From contig NC_042999.1 in the NCBI RefSeq assembly GCF_006345805.1, forward strand, positions 154,690,001 to 154,754,000: 64,000 nt of DNA. The letters run 5' to 3'. The translations under genes were made by a program, and so were the position numbers. Under the pieces are notes generated by a model, which had not been told where the DNA came from, did not search any database, and was given only the letters and a program-made list of their open reading frames with translations. This document shows, in pieces, positions 1 through 13,308 of this stretch. The DNA is from Octopus sinensis. Taxonomy: Eukaryota. How positions within the stretch are numbered: the stretch's first letter is position 1; every line of letters starts with the position of its first letter.

Positions 1-984
1 GCCACGCCTGGCACCAGTGCAGGTGGCACGTAAAAAGCACCCACTACACTCACGGAGTGGTTGGCATTAGGAAGGGCATCCAGCTGTAGAAACATTGCCA
101 GATAAGACCGGAGCCTGGTGCAGCCTTCTGGCTTCCCAGATCCCCGGTCGAACCGTCCAACCCATGCTAGCATGGAGAACGGACGTTAAACGATGATGAT
201 GATCATCATCATCATTATGTGTGTGTCCAACCTGCAGCTTCCTTTCTGTGTAAGGCCTTTGTGGCCAATTAAATGAATAAAAGAAGCTTGCTTCCCAACT
301 ACATGGTTCTGAGTTCAGTCCCACTACATAGCAGCCGGGTCAAGTGTTTTCTGTAAAAGCCTTGGCCCAACCAAAGCCTTGTGAGAGGGTTTGGTAGATG
401 GAAACTGAAAGAAGCCCATCGTATATATATATATTCTTTTCTTTTATAGAAACATCCACCTTGCCAAATCAAACTGGAATCTGGTACAGCCCACCTGGCT
501 TACCAGTTTTCAGTCAAAATGTCCAACCATTGCCAGCATGGAAAGCAGACGTTAAATTTTGATGATGATGATGATCATCATCATCATCATCATCATACAT
601 GAGATAGTGAATGTGATAATTAAATGTCTTCATTTTTTTTTGTATCTTTTATTTTTTCTTTTATTTGTTTTACTCATTAAAGTGCAGCCATGCTGGAGCA
701 CTGACTTGAAGAATTTTTAATTTGACTGAATCAACCCCAGTACTTATTTTTTTAAAAACCTGGTACTTATTCCATCAGTCTCTTTTGATGAACGACTAAG
801 TTAAGGGGACGTAAACACATCAACACCATCATCAAGTGGTGGTGGTGGTGGTGGGGGTGGGGGAGAGAAACACAAAGACACACACACATATAGATATATA
901 CATGTGTGTGTGTGATAGGCTTCTTTTAGATCCCATCAACCAAATCCACTGACAAGGATTTGATCAGCCCAAGGCTATAGTAGT

Positions 985-1569
985 TGTAAGAATTAGCACT
1001 TCCTTCTCAAAGCTTGGATTCGAAATCAGACCCAAGAATCATTGGTCGTAAAATACCAATGCACAAAAAAGGCGCGAAATCAGAATCTCTTTGTTCGGAC
1101 AAAAAATGATGGATCGTCTCCCTTCGACCTCTGACCCGAGCAGGTCAGGCGAAGTTTAACAGGACGACCAGCGACCTACTGTACGCAATAACACTCTTGC
1201 GGTATATCTATTTTTCTGGCTATTTGAGATGTTATAAATAGAACGGAGAAATAGGTATCTGGAGAGAAGCCGAACCAACGTTTAAGAGAACGTCACGCAT
1301 TTATGAGGACGACGAAAGAATATTCAGAAGGTGACTCTGTACTGCATGATTTACACACACACACACACACACACCATCAAACATATTCTGCTTTAATGTG
1401 TATCCTGTATTATGCATTCCTTTAAAATGTATTATTTGCAACCACTATTTAATATGCATTTTGTACAAGCGATGTGTAACATTGCTTACAAATTGATGTA
1501 GTGATAATAAATCTTTAATTTATTACAAAGCACTTATGTATTTATTAATACATCCACGCATCCACTACA
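985..1569 (+). mobile_element. Solo LTR (585 bp) inserted into a SINE
   Basis: TGTA...TACA termini with a 4-bp TSD TAGT (981-984, 1570-1573). TATAAATA at 1233 and AATAAA at 1506. The SINE sequence (ggctatagt|agacacttgcc) resumes exactly across the insertion. Confidence 0.75.
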
Positions 1570-1868
1570 TAGTAGACACTTGCCCTAAGTGCCATGCAGT
1601 GGAACTGAACTCAGAACGATGTGGTTGAGAAGCCAACTTCATACCACACAGCCATGCCTGCATATAATACAATATAGTTATCTAATGTCATATAATATAA
1701 CACAAAACTTCAACATACATAATTTATTCTTTATTAAATATGATGAATAGTAAAATATAATGAAGTATATATTTTATTACATATTGAAATTAATAAAGGA
1801 TATAGCAACAATATATGTGGATAATGATGATGATGATAATAAAAATAATAATAATAATAATAATAATG

Positions 1869-1937
<69 letters not shown>

Positions 1938-2355
1938 GCAATTTCAATATATTGAAAATAATAGCATCTCAACAAACCACAGCAGATATCCAAGGCACAC
2001 AGAGCTGCGCTCAGTAGTGCAGTGAAAGCATGTTATAAAAATAAGACTATTGAATAATAATAATAATGATAATAATAATAACAATAACAAATAAATGCCC
2101 TGATGTAGCACCAGGCACTGGCTCTCATGATCTTAACTGATTGGAAGGAAGTGTTATCATGTACATTGTTTTGTCTTGGTATAAAAGATGGGCTACAGCA
2201 AATATTCTACTCAATACCACAGATTTTCTAATCAGTTGTTTGACCGTAACCAGTCGAGTGTGTCCCTTGGTGGTTGATGATATCTGTATCTCTGATCATG
2301 AGCAGAAGTGTCACTTTGATGGCATGCGCTGCTCTCTCACTCAATAATAATAATG

Positions 2356-2388
<33 letters not shown>

Positions 2389-2885
2389 GATAGCTTGAAA
2401 TTATAAGTATGTTTTCTTTACTTGCTGAGTGTAGGTGAAAAGGGCATGGCTTTAACATCTTGGGGCCTTTAATATTTCATTTAAACTGTCACAGGAAAGA
2501 CATCATCATCATCATAATGATCACCATCATCATCATCATTGTAATAATAATCATCATCATCAATGTCATCATTGCCATCAGCAATTTTCCATGCCCACAA
2601 GCGTCAGATGGAATCTGTCGAGGTAGATTTTCTACACGATGTCTTGACAAAGGGACACACAAACTTACACACATGCATCATGAGGATGTGTGGCTCAGCA
2701 GCTAAGGGTATTTGGCTCACAATTGTATGGTTGTGTGTTCGATACTTGGGCACACATTGTGTCCTTGAACAAGGTACTTTATTTCATGTTGCTCCAGTCC
2801 ACTCAGCTGGCAAAAATGAGTAGTGCTTCTATTTCAAAGATCCAGCCTTGTCACATTCCATGTCATGCTGAATCTCCCTACAAAC

Positions 2886-3800
2886 TATTGAGTTATCCCC
2901 TAAATAAAGTGGGTTTTTTTTTTATACTTCTCTTATTTTAAAAAATTCAAATAAAGTTCTTTTTTAATCTAAAATATACTTCAATATACTCTTCCATCAT
3001 TCTAGTAGACTTGCAAAGCCCCTCTTCCAAAATTCACTTGTCCGTGATGAAAAAGACTCCTCCAGTATTGTTCTGACCTTGTTTACAGAATTCATATATT
3101 TTCTGTCCAAATGATTTTGAAGACTGTGGAATAAATGATAATCAGATGGGGCAATGTCTGGTGAATATGGTGGGTGGTACATCGTTTCCCATTCAAACTG
3201 CTCCAGCTTTTGGAATGTCATCCTTGCTGTATATGGCCAAGCATTTTCCTGATGGAAGAACTCCTTTCATCTTGAAACCAAAGATGACCATTTTTCTTTT
3301 AGTGCTGACTTAAGCCACTCAAGCTGCTCACAGTAGATCTCCTTTGCTATCGTTTGGTTTGGGTTTAAAAGTTCAAAGTGAACTAAAGCTTTCATATCCC
3401 ACCAAATAGATAACAACACCTTATGTCGGTGAAGACCTTCTTTAGTCTGGGGTGCCGATGTTTCTCCTTTCCCTACCCACTGTTTTCAGCAGTTGACATT
3501 TTTATAGAGAACCCATTTCTTGTCACCTATCACTATTCAGTCCAAAAAAGGTTCATTCGTGAGACATGACAGCAAAGAAGAGCACGCATTTACTTGGAAA
3601 GTTTGTGTGGAACCCATTGACCTAATTTGCTGACTTTTCCAGTGGCATGCAGGTGTCGATGAATTGTTGAATGACCAAATCCAAGCTTCTCTGTTAGTTC
3701 CTCAACAGTTACAATTGGATTTTGTCCCATCAGGGTTTGCAGGACGTCCTCATCGAGCACTACTGTAGTTTCTGGCTTGGAATTTCTGGAACCACTGTTG
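2886..3800 (-). mobile_element. Decayed mariner transposon (transposase pseudogene)
   Basis: Fragments encode WVPHKL and HPPYSPDIAPSDYHLF mariner motifs. TA plus a TIR-like TTGAGTTATCCCCTAAATAAAGTGG at 2886-2912. Confidence 0.88.
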
Positions 3801-4200
3801 ACAGTATATGGGAATTGTTCAATCCCCATATGCTGAAATTAAGCAGTTCAGCAAAAAAGAATGTAAGCAAACCAACACCGGTTGTTGAACTGTGACGCAA
3901 CAAACACAAGTACAAAGACACGCACACACAACTACACACATGCATACAAACATATATATATATATTAAAAAAAAACTCCTTTTATCAATTCAATAATGAA
4001 AAATTAAATTATACCATTTAGAAAAATTACATCTTATAGAAAGATTAAATATAAGATAAAACATATAACAATGATTAAGTAATGTGCAAAATAATAAATA
4101 AAATGTATATATTTGGTGAAATTTGATTTAGTATTTCTAAATTGAATTTTTCCCTGTAAGTTTGGAATAATATTCCCTCATATTATTATTATTATTATTA

Positions 4201-4598
4201 TTCAGTAGTTTTATTTTTATAGCATGCTTTCACTTCACTACTGAGCGCAGCTTTGTGTGCCTTGGGTATGTGCTGTGATTTGTTGTGATGTTCTGATGGT
4301 TATTGTATGGAAAGTGTTCTGCGTAGGATGTGTGCAGTGCCTAGTAGTGCAATTTTCTGTATGTTATATTTGTTTGTAAGTCCTGGTGTTTTTGTTATGT
4401 ATTTGTCTGAATATTTTTTTATCATGCCTAATGCACCTACTATGATAGGAATTGTTTCTGTTTTTAGATTCCACATTCTGGTTACCTCTATTTCCAGGTC
4501 TTTGTATTTTGAAAGTTTCTCCATTTCTTTTAGAGACACGTTGTCATCTGCTGGTATTGATACATCAATTAGAAAGCATTTTTTTTCTTCATGATCTC
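4201..4598 (-). mobile_element. 5'-truncated Dong/R4-like non-LTR retrotransposon (RLE endonuclease end plus 3'UTR) in (TAA)n
   Basis: Encodes LIDVSIPADDNVSLKEMEKLSKYKDL...IVGALG...IQKIALLGTAHILRR*, typical of the C-terminus of restriction-like endonuclease clades. (TAA)n on both sides matches the known target of Dong-type elements. Confidence 0.85.
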
Positions 4599-4645
<47 letters not shown>

Positions 4646-6265
4646 GTGTCATTTTCAATGCCAGTGCTGCCTTTGATGCAAGTGCTACCTTGATGCCAGT
4701 GTCACCTGAATGGTTCCCATGCTGGTGGCACGTAAAAAGCACCCACTACACACTCAAAGTGGTTGGTGTTAGGAAGGGCATCCAGCTGTAGAAACCTTGC
4801 CAAATCAGATCGGAGCCTGGTGAAGCTTTCTGGCTTGACAGTCCTCAGTCAAACCATCCAACTCATGCTAGCATGGAAAGCAGGCATTAAACAACAATGA
4901 TGTTGATGATAATGATGGACTTCCATATAGTTTCCATCTACCAAATTCAGAAGCATTGGTTGACCTGGAGCTATAGTGGAAAAATTCTTGCCCAAGATGC
5001 TATGCCGTGGGACTGAACCCAAAATCATGTTGCAGTGGCCTAGAGAAGGATGCCAACATCCATGGCACTTTCCAGGAGTGTCATTAACGGAAGGAGGTCC
5101 AAGGGATGATATACAGAATCCTGGTTCAAATGCTTATCACAGAGCAGGTCTATGAAAAGCATCATAAAGCCGGGTGATTTTTGTAAGCCAGGAGGTTTAA
5201 AGTCAATAAGCCGTGATTAAAGTCAATAAAGCATGAAATAGGAACAATCCCAGCCTCTGCTAGGCTTCAACACAGTTTTCCATCTGCTAAATTTCATTCA
5301 CAAGGTTTTGATTGAATCAAAATACTACTAAAATACACATATAGGCACAGAAGTGGCAGTGTGGTAAGAAGTTTGCTTCCCAACCACATGGTTCCGGGTT
5401 CAGTCCCACTGCGTGGCACCTTGGGCAAGTGTCTTCTACCATAGCTTCAGGCCAAACAAAAGCCTTGCGAGTGGATTTGGTAGACGGAAACTGAAAGATG
5501 CCTATTGTACATATAATATCTATATTTGACCCTCAACCATCGCTTTGACAACTGATGTTGGTGTGTTTACATTCCCATAACTTAGTGGTTCAACAAAAGT
5601 CGCCAATTAGGCTTACAAAGAATAAGTTCTGGGGTCAATTTGTTCGACTAAAGGTGGTGCTCTAGCATGGCCACAGCCAAATGACTGAAACAGGTAAAAG
5701 AGTAAATTCCAAGAGCTGTAAAGTAGGATTGAACACTCAACCATGTTGTTGCTAAGCAAACGTTTTAACCACACAGCTATGATCTGAGCTGGGAAACGTT
5801 ACTTAGCAGCAGGTGATCTATGATACAGGAAACCAAGGATTAAAGGCATGTTAGCTGTGTTTGTGTCTTTCGTGTGTCTAGAGACAGTATCTAAAATCGA
5901 GAGCAACCATTTTAAGGCACTAAAGTGTGATGTGAGTGAGATTAGGCTACTATTTCTAATAGGTTGAAGTGCCTTGTAAAGGGGCCCTCAGCAGCTCATA
6001 ACAGATATTACTGACCAGAGGAAAATATTTTAGAAAAAGACAGGCTTTTAAGCTCATACTGCAACATTATATATGTGGCTGTGTGGTAAGTAGCTTGCTT
6101 ACCAACCACATGGTTCCGGGTTCAGTCCCACTGCATGACACCTTGGGCAAGTGTCTTCTACTATAGCTTCAGTCCGACCAAAAGCCTTGCGAGTGGATTT
6201 GGTAGACGGAAACTGAAAGAAGCCCATCGTATATATGTGTATATATATATCTATATCTATCTATC

Positions 6266-6340
<75 letters not shown>

Positions 6341-7099
6341 TTGTGTGTCTGTATTTGTCCCCCCAATATGGCTTGATAACCGTTGCTGGTGTGTTTATGT
6401 CTCCGTCATCTAGCGGTTCGGCAAGAGAGGCCAATAGAATAAGTACTAGGCTTACAAAGAATAAGTCCCGGGGTTGATTTGCTCGACTAAAGGCGGTGCT
6501 CCAGCATAGTCACAGTCAAATAACTGAAACAAATAAAAGAATATATATAATTCGGAATGGTAATTTTTTTGTTTCTTGCCAGACACACGCGTAGAGCATG
6601 TTTATTTGGCAAAAAATAAAAAAAAATTAAATAAAATAAAACGCGCGCACACACATTTTGATTTTGTTATCTTGTTTGCAAGACTGTTGATATGAATTCA
6701 TGAGTTGAAACAAATGTTGTGTCTTGTATATTATTGGCGCAATGACCCTCCCAAGACAGGATCGTGTGTGTTTGTGTGTGTGTGTGTGTTATAAAGACAG
6801 TTGAACATTGAATTAAAGGATCACCGAATACTTTCCAGTAGAGTATCATATTTATTTATTTATTTTATACAAAGAAAAGGTTGGCAGTGACTTCGAAGTT
6901 ACATCTTTAATGATGTTGCTCTTACGAATGTTTTGTAACATTTTTGAAATCATTTCTTTGTTTCTTTCCTTGTTCATTTTCATTTTTAATTCCAGGATAG
7001 TATAATTCCCATAAAAAAAAATTTGCTTTCTATAACGAAGAAATAAATAATAAAAAAAGACCAGCAGTTCTATTATATCCCGTATTTCCTCCCTTAGCG

Positions 7100-7317
7100 C
7101 CCAAGGGTTGTTGATTCCGCCATTTCCCTTCTTCTGACAACAACAAAAAGCCTTTCTTAGGTTTTGCCAAGATTTTCAGAGCCGACTGCTTTCTTTACCG
7201 TGTCCAAAATTATTCATATTCTATGAATGATTTAAAAATGCGTTATTAAACGATGCGACGTGAGAAGAGACTGATTTCCTGGCCAAGCAACGATCAATAT
7301 TCCGAATGCTTGTAAGT
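7100..7317 (+). promoter_or_regulatory. Possible TSS / non-coding first exon of the zinc-finger gene
   Basis: Locally CpG-richer unique sequence, a YY1-like motif CCGCCATTT at 7117-7125, and a donor-like GTAAGT at 7312-7317 that could splice to the 15701 acceptor. No transcript evidence. Confidence 0.3.
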
Positions 7318-7376
7318 AAAAAGACTTCGTTCATTTATAAATGAAACCTACATCCATAGAGTGATTTATTTATAAT

Positions 7377-7407
<31 letters not shown>

Positions 7408-9561
7408 CGAGAGAGTTATAAAGAGAGGTGGGGAGTGTGATGGTGAGTGGGAGAGAAAGAGAAACATATAGAGAGGTGGGAGGAGAGGGAGAACATTTAT
7501 GAATGAATGAAAGAAAAAGCCACTTTATTTTTGTCCATTATTATTTTTTCCTCCTTATCTATAAATTCAAGCAAATCTAATTTGATCATCATATCGTACT
7601 ATTTTATACATTTGTAATTCAAGGCCTTTATATTTTGGGCTAAATTATACATGACAATGCACTCACACACGATATGTATGTATGTATATATTTATATATA
7701 TATAAAAATATATATGTATATATATATATATATATATACACATACATACATATGTGTGAGTGTGTGTGTTCTATGTTATGTGTCTTACACGTCACGATAG
7801 ATAATTTTGGTCTATTTGTGTCTAACTTATTTAACTAGGTCCGATTCGTTCTCGCTTATTAAATGACTGTCGTGCTATCAATCATATACATAAAATATAT
7901 AATATATATATATACTCGGATGTATATATAATGCATTGGTTAAATTTATGCTATAAGAAATCCAAAGTCTTGTCTAATATTTTGGATCTTTTTCATTTAT
8001 AACGAATATGTAAAAAGCTCCAACTCATTCATTTTTTTAAAGATTTATGTTTATCTTATTGCTGATATGCAAATTAAACCTTTTTTAACAACAAATCGGT
8101 ACCCATCGTTTTTTTTGTCTGCCGTTTTTTTTTACTCTACGAAAAAATCTGAGAAGGTGGTGTAGTATGGAAAATTACAGAAACTAGAAAAAAAAACTGT
8201 TACTAAGCTGGATTTATTTAAGTAGATGTTGGACACAGTCAGGCATTACTTATATGTGAGAGTGTGTGTATATATATTATAAACACTTACACATTAATAT
8301 AGCGAAGACTCAGAAAAAAAGTAGATAGATAGACAAAAGAGCAACGGATGAAAAAAAAAAGAGGGGGCAAAGAAAAGCGAGTGTAAGTTCTTGCCATGTA
8401 AATTTAGGTCAAAATAGGTGGATAGACATTTGTTGGTTGAAGCAGGCAGTGTGGGTACACTTTAGAGGTAAGTATGAACTGCATGTTATTACAAATGAAG
8501 CAAAAACCACCTCTGTATTTAGCATGGCAGATCGAAAATACATTATATTATTGGCATATATATGTATATATATTATATATATATAATGTGTCTGTGCTTG
8601 CTTTTATTAAATCTACATGTGTGTATAAAATTTAGTGGCTAGCACTACAACACCATCTCCTGCTTCGTTTCCTCTAAATCCTACTTCCCAGCTCAGCAAG
8701 CTATTCTGGACTTCGACCTTCGTATCATCGAACAGGTCCGTATTGATCGTATTTCGTAGGCTTGGCTTTATTCAAGCCCAGAAAGCAATGTTCTGGACTC
8801 GCTGCTCTCTTCCATGTTTCATATTAATGTCTTGCCTCTTTCTCCTCCCCCTCCACTCTCTCTCTCTCTCTGTCTATCTATCTTATTCTCTGTCCCCTAC
8901 TCTTGCTCCTCTCCCCCTCTCTCTGAAGACTTCGATTCCTCTTTTATCAATTTAATTATATCAGTTCCCACCACCCTCTCTCTCTCTCTGAAGACTTCGG
9001 TTCTTTCTCTACCATTTCTATCAATTCCTTCTGGCACTCGTTTTCTTTTTCACTTGTTCCATCTGTCTCTCTCTAAACATTTTCTCTTCTTTATTTATAC
9101 ATTCATATTTCCCTCTCTTTCTTTTCATCGCTTCCTCATACATTTCCGTCTTTTTCGTAATTCTTTCTGTCTTTTTATTTGTCTCTTCGTCCGAATCGCA
9201 TTTCTTTCATCTCTCATTCTAATTCTACCTAAACATCTCTTCAGCTCTTAATTTATATTCTCTCTCTCTCTTTCTCTAAATGCCATTCCATCTCCTATTT
9301 CTTTTCCCTATCCCCAACCTACTTAAATTGTTTTACATCCTTAGTCTCTGTTCCAACAATTTTGCTATTCTCTTCTTTCCTTCCTTCTAACCATACTTAT
9401 TATATCGCCGATCTGTCCAGGTTAGGCATCCCTACACTCATTCAATATCAATGATACTGTAGTTCCCGCCGAATGCACCCATCAACATCTAAGAATTACA
9501 TATAATATAGGTACTACCTGGTTTTTCTCACACGTTTGTATGAGCGTATATATATATATAT

Positions 9562-9728
9562 ATATGAAAGAAAAAAGGTGTTCAGAATGCTGGATGGTTG
9601 TAAAAATATATATTTATTTACATATCACATATTATTTCTTCATATTAGCGCTTTCAAATACTCCTGTAGTTTCTAAATATGTATTTTTACAACCATCCAG
9701 TATTCTGAACACCTGTTTTCTTTCATAT
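9562..9728. mobile_element. MITE-like foldback with ~55-bp TIRs
   Basis: tatgaaagaaaaaaggtgttcagaatgctggatggttgtaaaaatatatattta versus its reverse complement at 9674-9727, 3 mismatches. Confidence 0.8.
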
Positions 9729-11028
9729 GTATTAAATCTATACATCACCCCTAATACTTCTAACATATATATATATAATAATATAATAATGAAATTATTG
9801 TATACAGTGCTCAGGTGCACCACAACTTGTCAGAAAGTGCGTATAAAGTATATGCAGTAATGTATAAGTATATACATACACGCACATGCATACATATATA
9901 TCTAGAGATACGCACGCACATATTTATATATATCTATATACATACACGTGCACACTCTCACATATGTATAAATGAAGTTTATTTTCCTTATTATCTCTCT
10001 CTGCATCTACCTCTCGCCCTATTTCGTTTCTCTCATTCGTGTGTGTCTGTGTATCCGACAAACATTGGGGTATCTTCATCCATGCACCCACGCATGCGTA
10101 AATGAATCAGACATGTTTGTTTTTCCCATTTTCAGTCAGTTTTATTTTGTTATATCACTCCAAAAAGCTCCAAGATAATCAATATTCGATATCGTAACAC
10201 CGAAAAAGACTTATCCAGTTTATAATCTTGTGTTGTTATTTAGTCCCAGGTCAGTCTTATTGAGTAAACCTATAAAATGTTGCATTCTAGCTGTGACCAT
10301 CTCTTCTTATTTACGGACACTTTGACCGAGAGTTCATTATCCCAAATAATTTCTTTCATTGAATGGTTGGTTGGGCTTGATTTTTAAGAGAAATGGATAC
10401 TGTTTATATATATATATATGTGTGTGTGTGTATATGTTTGTGTGTCTGTGTTTGTTTCCCCAACATCGCTTGACAACAGATGCTGGTGTGTTTACGTCCC
10501 CGTAACTTAGCGGTTCGGTAAAAAAAAGTGGCCGATAGAATAAGTACTAGGCTTACAAAGACTAAGTCCCGGGGTCGATTTGCTCGACTAAAAGCGGTGC
10601 TCCAGCATGGCCGCAGTCAAATGACTGAAACAAATCGCCGTAAAAGAGAGTTAAAAAAAAAAGATGTCGATTTGTGTATTACTTCGTGTTTGCAGTTTAT
10701 AAAACTTTAAAATGTGGTTAGACCGTCTAAAGTTATCACATTATTAATAATAATAATAATCTCGCTTTGCAACCACGTGGTTTTGGGTTCAGTTCTTCCG
10801 CGCAGCATGTAACTGGCAGATCAATACATTGTCAGTGAATTTTGTACACAGGAACTGTGTGGAAGCCTTCATGAGTGCTTGACAGATGAACTGTGAAACA
10901 CACCTATAACTGACATCGTATACTAATACCGAAACATTGCATATATATTTTAATTTAGAGATTGTAGGCCCCTACATCTCACCATATAAAAAGAATTTTT
11001 ATTTTAATTACCTACTGTTTTATTACTT

Positions 11029-11124
11029 GGCAACACGTGTTTCATGAGGTACATCCTCGGATTCCTAAACCACTCCGTGTTTTCCTGGAACCCTTCTTAA
11101 AATGTGACCCTAATCATCAGGCCC
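11029..11124 (-). ncRNA. Degenerate hammerhead-like motif
   Basis: Minus strand: GGC-CTGATGA-[~68 nt, poor stem II]-GAAA-C(ACGT)G-TT-GCC. Palindromic loop III; only 3 bp of stem I. Confidence 0.35.
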
Positions 11125-11375
11125 TTATATCACTTTATCAACGTTCAATACAATAAACTAAACTCTTTTACTTGTTTCAGGCATTTGACTGCGGCCATGC
11201 TGGAGCACCGCCTTTAGTCGAGCAACTCGACCCCGGGACTTATTCTTTTGTAAGCCCAGTACTTATTCTATCGTCTCTTTTGCCGAACCGCTAAGTAACG
11301 GGGACATAAACACACCAGCATCGGTTGTCAAGCAATGCTAGGGGACAAACACAGACACACAAACACACACACGCA

Positions 11376-11745
11376 TCTCTATATATAAACGGCAGTTTGT
11401 CTGTGTGTCTGTCAGGTTGTACCCTCACCCTGACCATGGCTTTCAACCGATTCTGATGAAACTTGACACACACATAGCCCAATGTCATAATTCAAAACTA
11501 ACGCAGCAAAAATTTTGAAAAGTTTCCCCCAGTTCTGAAAAAAATCGATAAATTCGACATGGGGTCGAGAATCAGAAACACAAACCACAGACTGTCTAGG
11601 GGACGCAACTCGACCGTTTTAACTCTCAAAAAAAAATTTACCATAATTTTTTTCCATTTTTTTCTACTTTTTGGCTATAACTCTCTAAAAATGCTTTATA
11701 GTTATTTCCCTTACAAACCCGAGCAATGCCGGGCGATACTGCTAG
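11376..11745 (+). mobile_element. Non-autonomous Helitron (370 bp)
   Basis: 5' TC, subterminal hairpin CCCG-agcaatgc-CGGG (11718-11733) and 3' CTAG. Inserted between A and T with no TSD, inside the microsatellite core of a SINE. Confidence 0.8.
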
Positions 11746-12703
11746 TATATATATATATATACATATATACGACGGGCTTCTTTCAGTTTCCGTCTACCAA
11801 ATCCACTCACAAGGCTTTGGTCGGCCCGAGGCTATAGTAGAAGACACTTGCCCAAGGTGCCACGCAGTGGGACTGAACCCAGAACCATGTGGTTGGTAAG
11901 CAAGCTACTTACTACACAGCCACTCCTGTGCCTATATTTTAATTTTTTAAAACCCTTAAGTATGTGTAAAATAGGTATATTTAAATTAGGTTTGCTGGAC
12001 CCTACAGTACAAGCCATAAATCAGATGAAAATTCCAATAAAAAGTTACAAAAATAAAGTAAGGGATAAAAAAGCTAAAAAAATATACGAAAATTTACAAA
12101 AACTATGTTAGTAATATATAGTATTCCAAATACAATTAAATTTACATTAAATATATTCAAATATATATATATGCACATACACCCATATATATGTATGTGT
12201 TTGTTCTCCCCTACTGCTTGATAATGGGTGTTGGTTTGTATACATCCCCATAACATAACGGTTTGGTAAACAGTTTCCTGGAACTGATTTGTTCGACTGA
12301 AACCCTTGAAAGAAGTGCCCCGGCATGGCCACGGTCAAATGACTTGGCAAGTAAAAGATGAAAAATATTGATTATATAAAACTAATACTAATAAATTGCT
12401 CTTAATTAACTAAATATTACAGTAATTATTTAGTGAACCATTGAGAACTAAACATTTAGCTTTACGATAATAGCAACACAGAAAGAGGCGACATTTCTTG
12501 TAAAACAACCAAGTAAGATATGATAAACAAATTAAAGCATTTCACCCCATTTTTAGAAACAATTTAAACTTGTAACCCATTGTTAAATATCTACCAAAGA
12601 CTAGAATTAGTTGAATTATATTTCATCCTTTACTTTGGAGGGTTCCAAAGGGCGATTTCTAACAAAGATTCTTCATATTTTGTTAGTAGGTTACTGGCCT
12701 AAG

Positions 12704-13088
12704 GTGGAGACGCAATGGCCCAGTGGTTAGGGCAGTGGATTCGCGGTCATAGGATCGCGGTTTCGATTCCCAGACCGGGCGTTGTGAGTGTTTATTGAGC
12801 GAAAACACCTAAAAAAGCTCCACGAGGCTCCGGCAGAGGATGGTGGTGATCCCGGCTGTACTCTTTCACCACAACTTTCTCTTACTTCCTGTTTCTGTTG
12901 TACCTGTATTTCAAAGGGCCGGCCTTGTCACTCTCTGTGTCACTCTGAATATCCCCGAGAACTACGTTAAGGGTACACGTGTCTGTGGAGTGCTCAGCCA
13001 CTTACACGTTAATTTCACGAGCAGGCTGTTCCGTTGATTCGGATCAACCGGAACCCTCATCGGCGTAACCGACGGAGTGCTTCCATCC
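12704..13088 (+). mobile_element. tRNA-derived SINE family C, full length
   Basis: tRNA-like head (tggcccagtggttagggc...ggtttcgattccc); 11-bp TSD ACTGGCCTAAG at 12693-12703 and 13089-13099. Confidence 0.9.
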
Positions 13089-13137
13089 ACTGGCCTAAGA
13101 TATTTGCAAATATGAAATTATTACACGTATATGGTAT

Positions 13138-13308
13138 GTAACGAGAATTTATGGAACGGTATCCCATAAAAACTCAAATAGTATCTCAGAAATGGAGAAG
13201 AGAAGATGTTAAAATTTAAAGGAAGTCTTTTAAATTTTAACATTCTCTTCTCCATTTTTAACATACCTGTTGAGTTTCTAAGGGATACCTTCCATAAATT
13301 CTCATAAC
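13138..13308. repeat. ~170-bp imperfect foldback (arms ~80 bp, short loop)
   Basis: gagaatttatggaa..gtatccc..aaactcaa..aaatggagaagagaa.atgttaaaatttaaa is mirrored after the loop ggaagtct. Confidence 0.85.

Noticed and set aside
8630-8815. Exon or Penelope GIY-YIG C-terminus (..AILDFDLRIIEQVRIDR..)
   Set aside because: Contains stops, has no splice support, and the resemblance is too weak to call without an HMM search.
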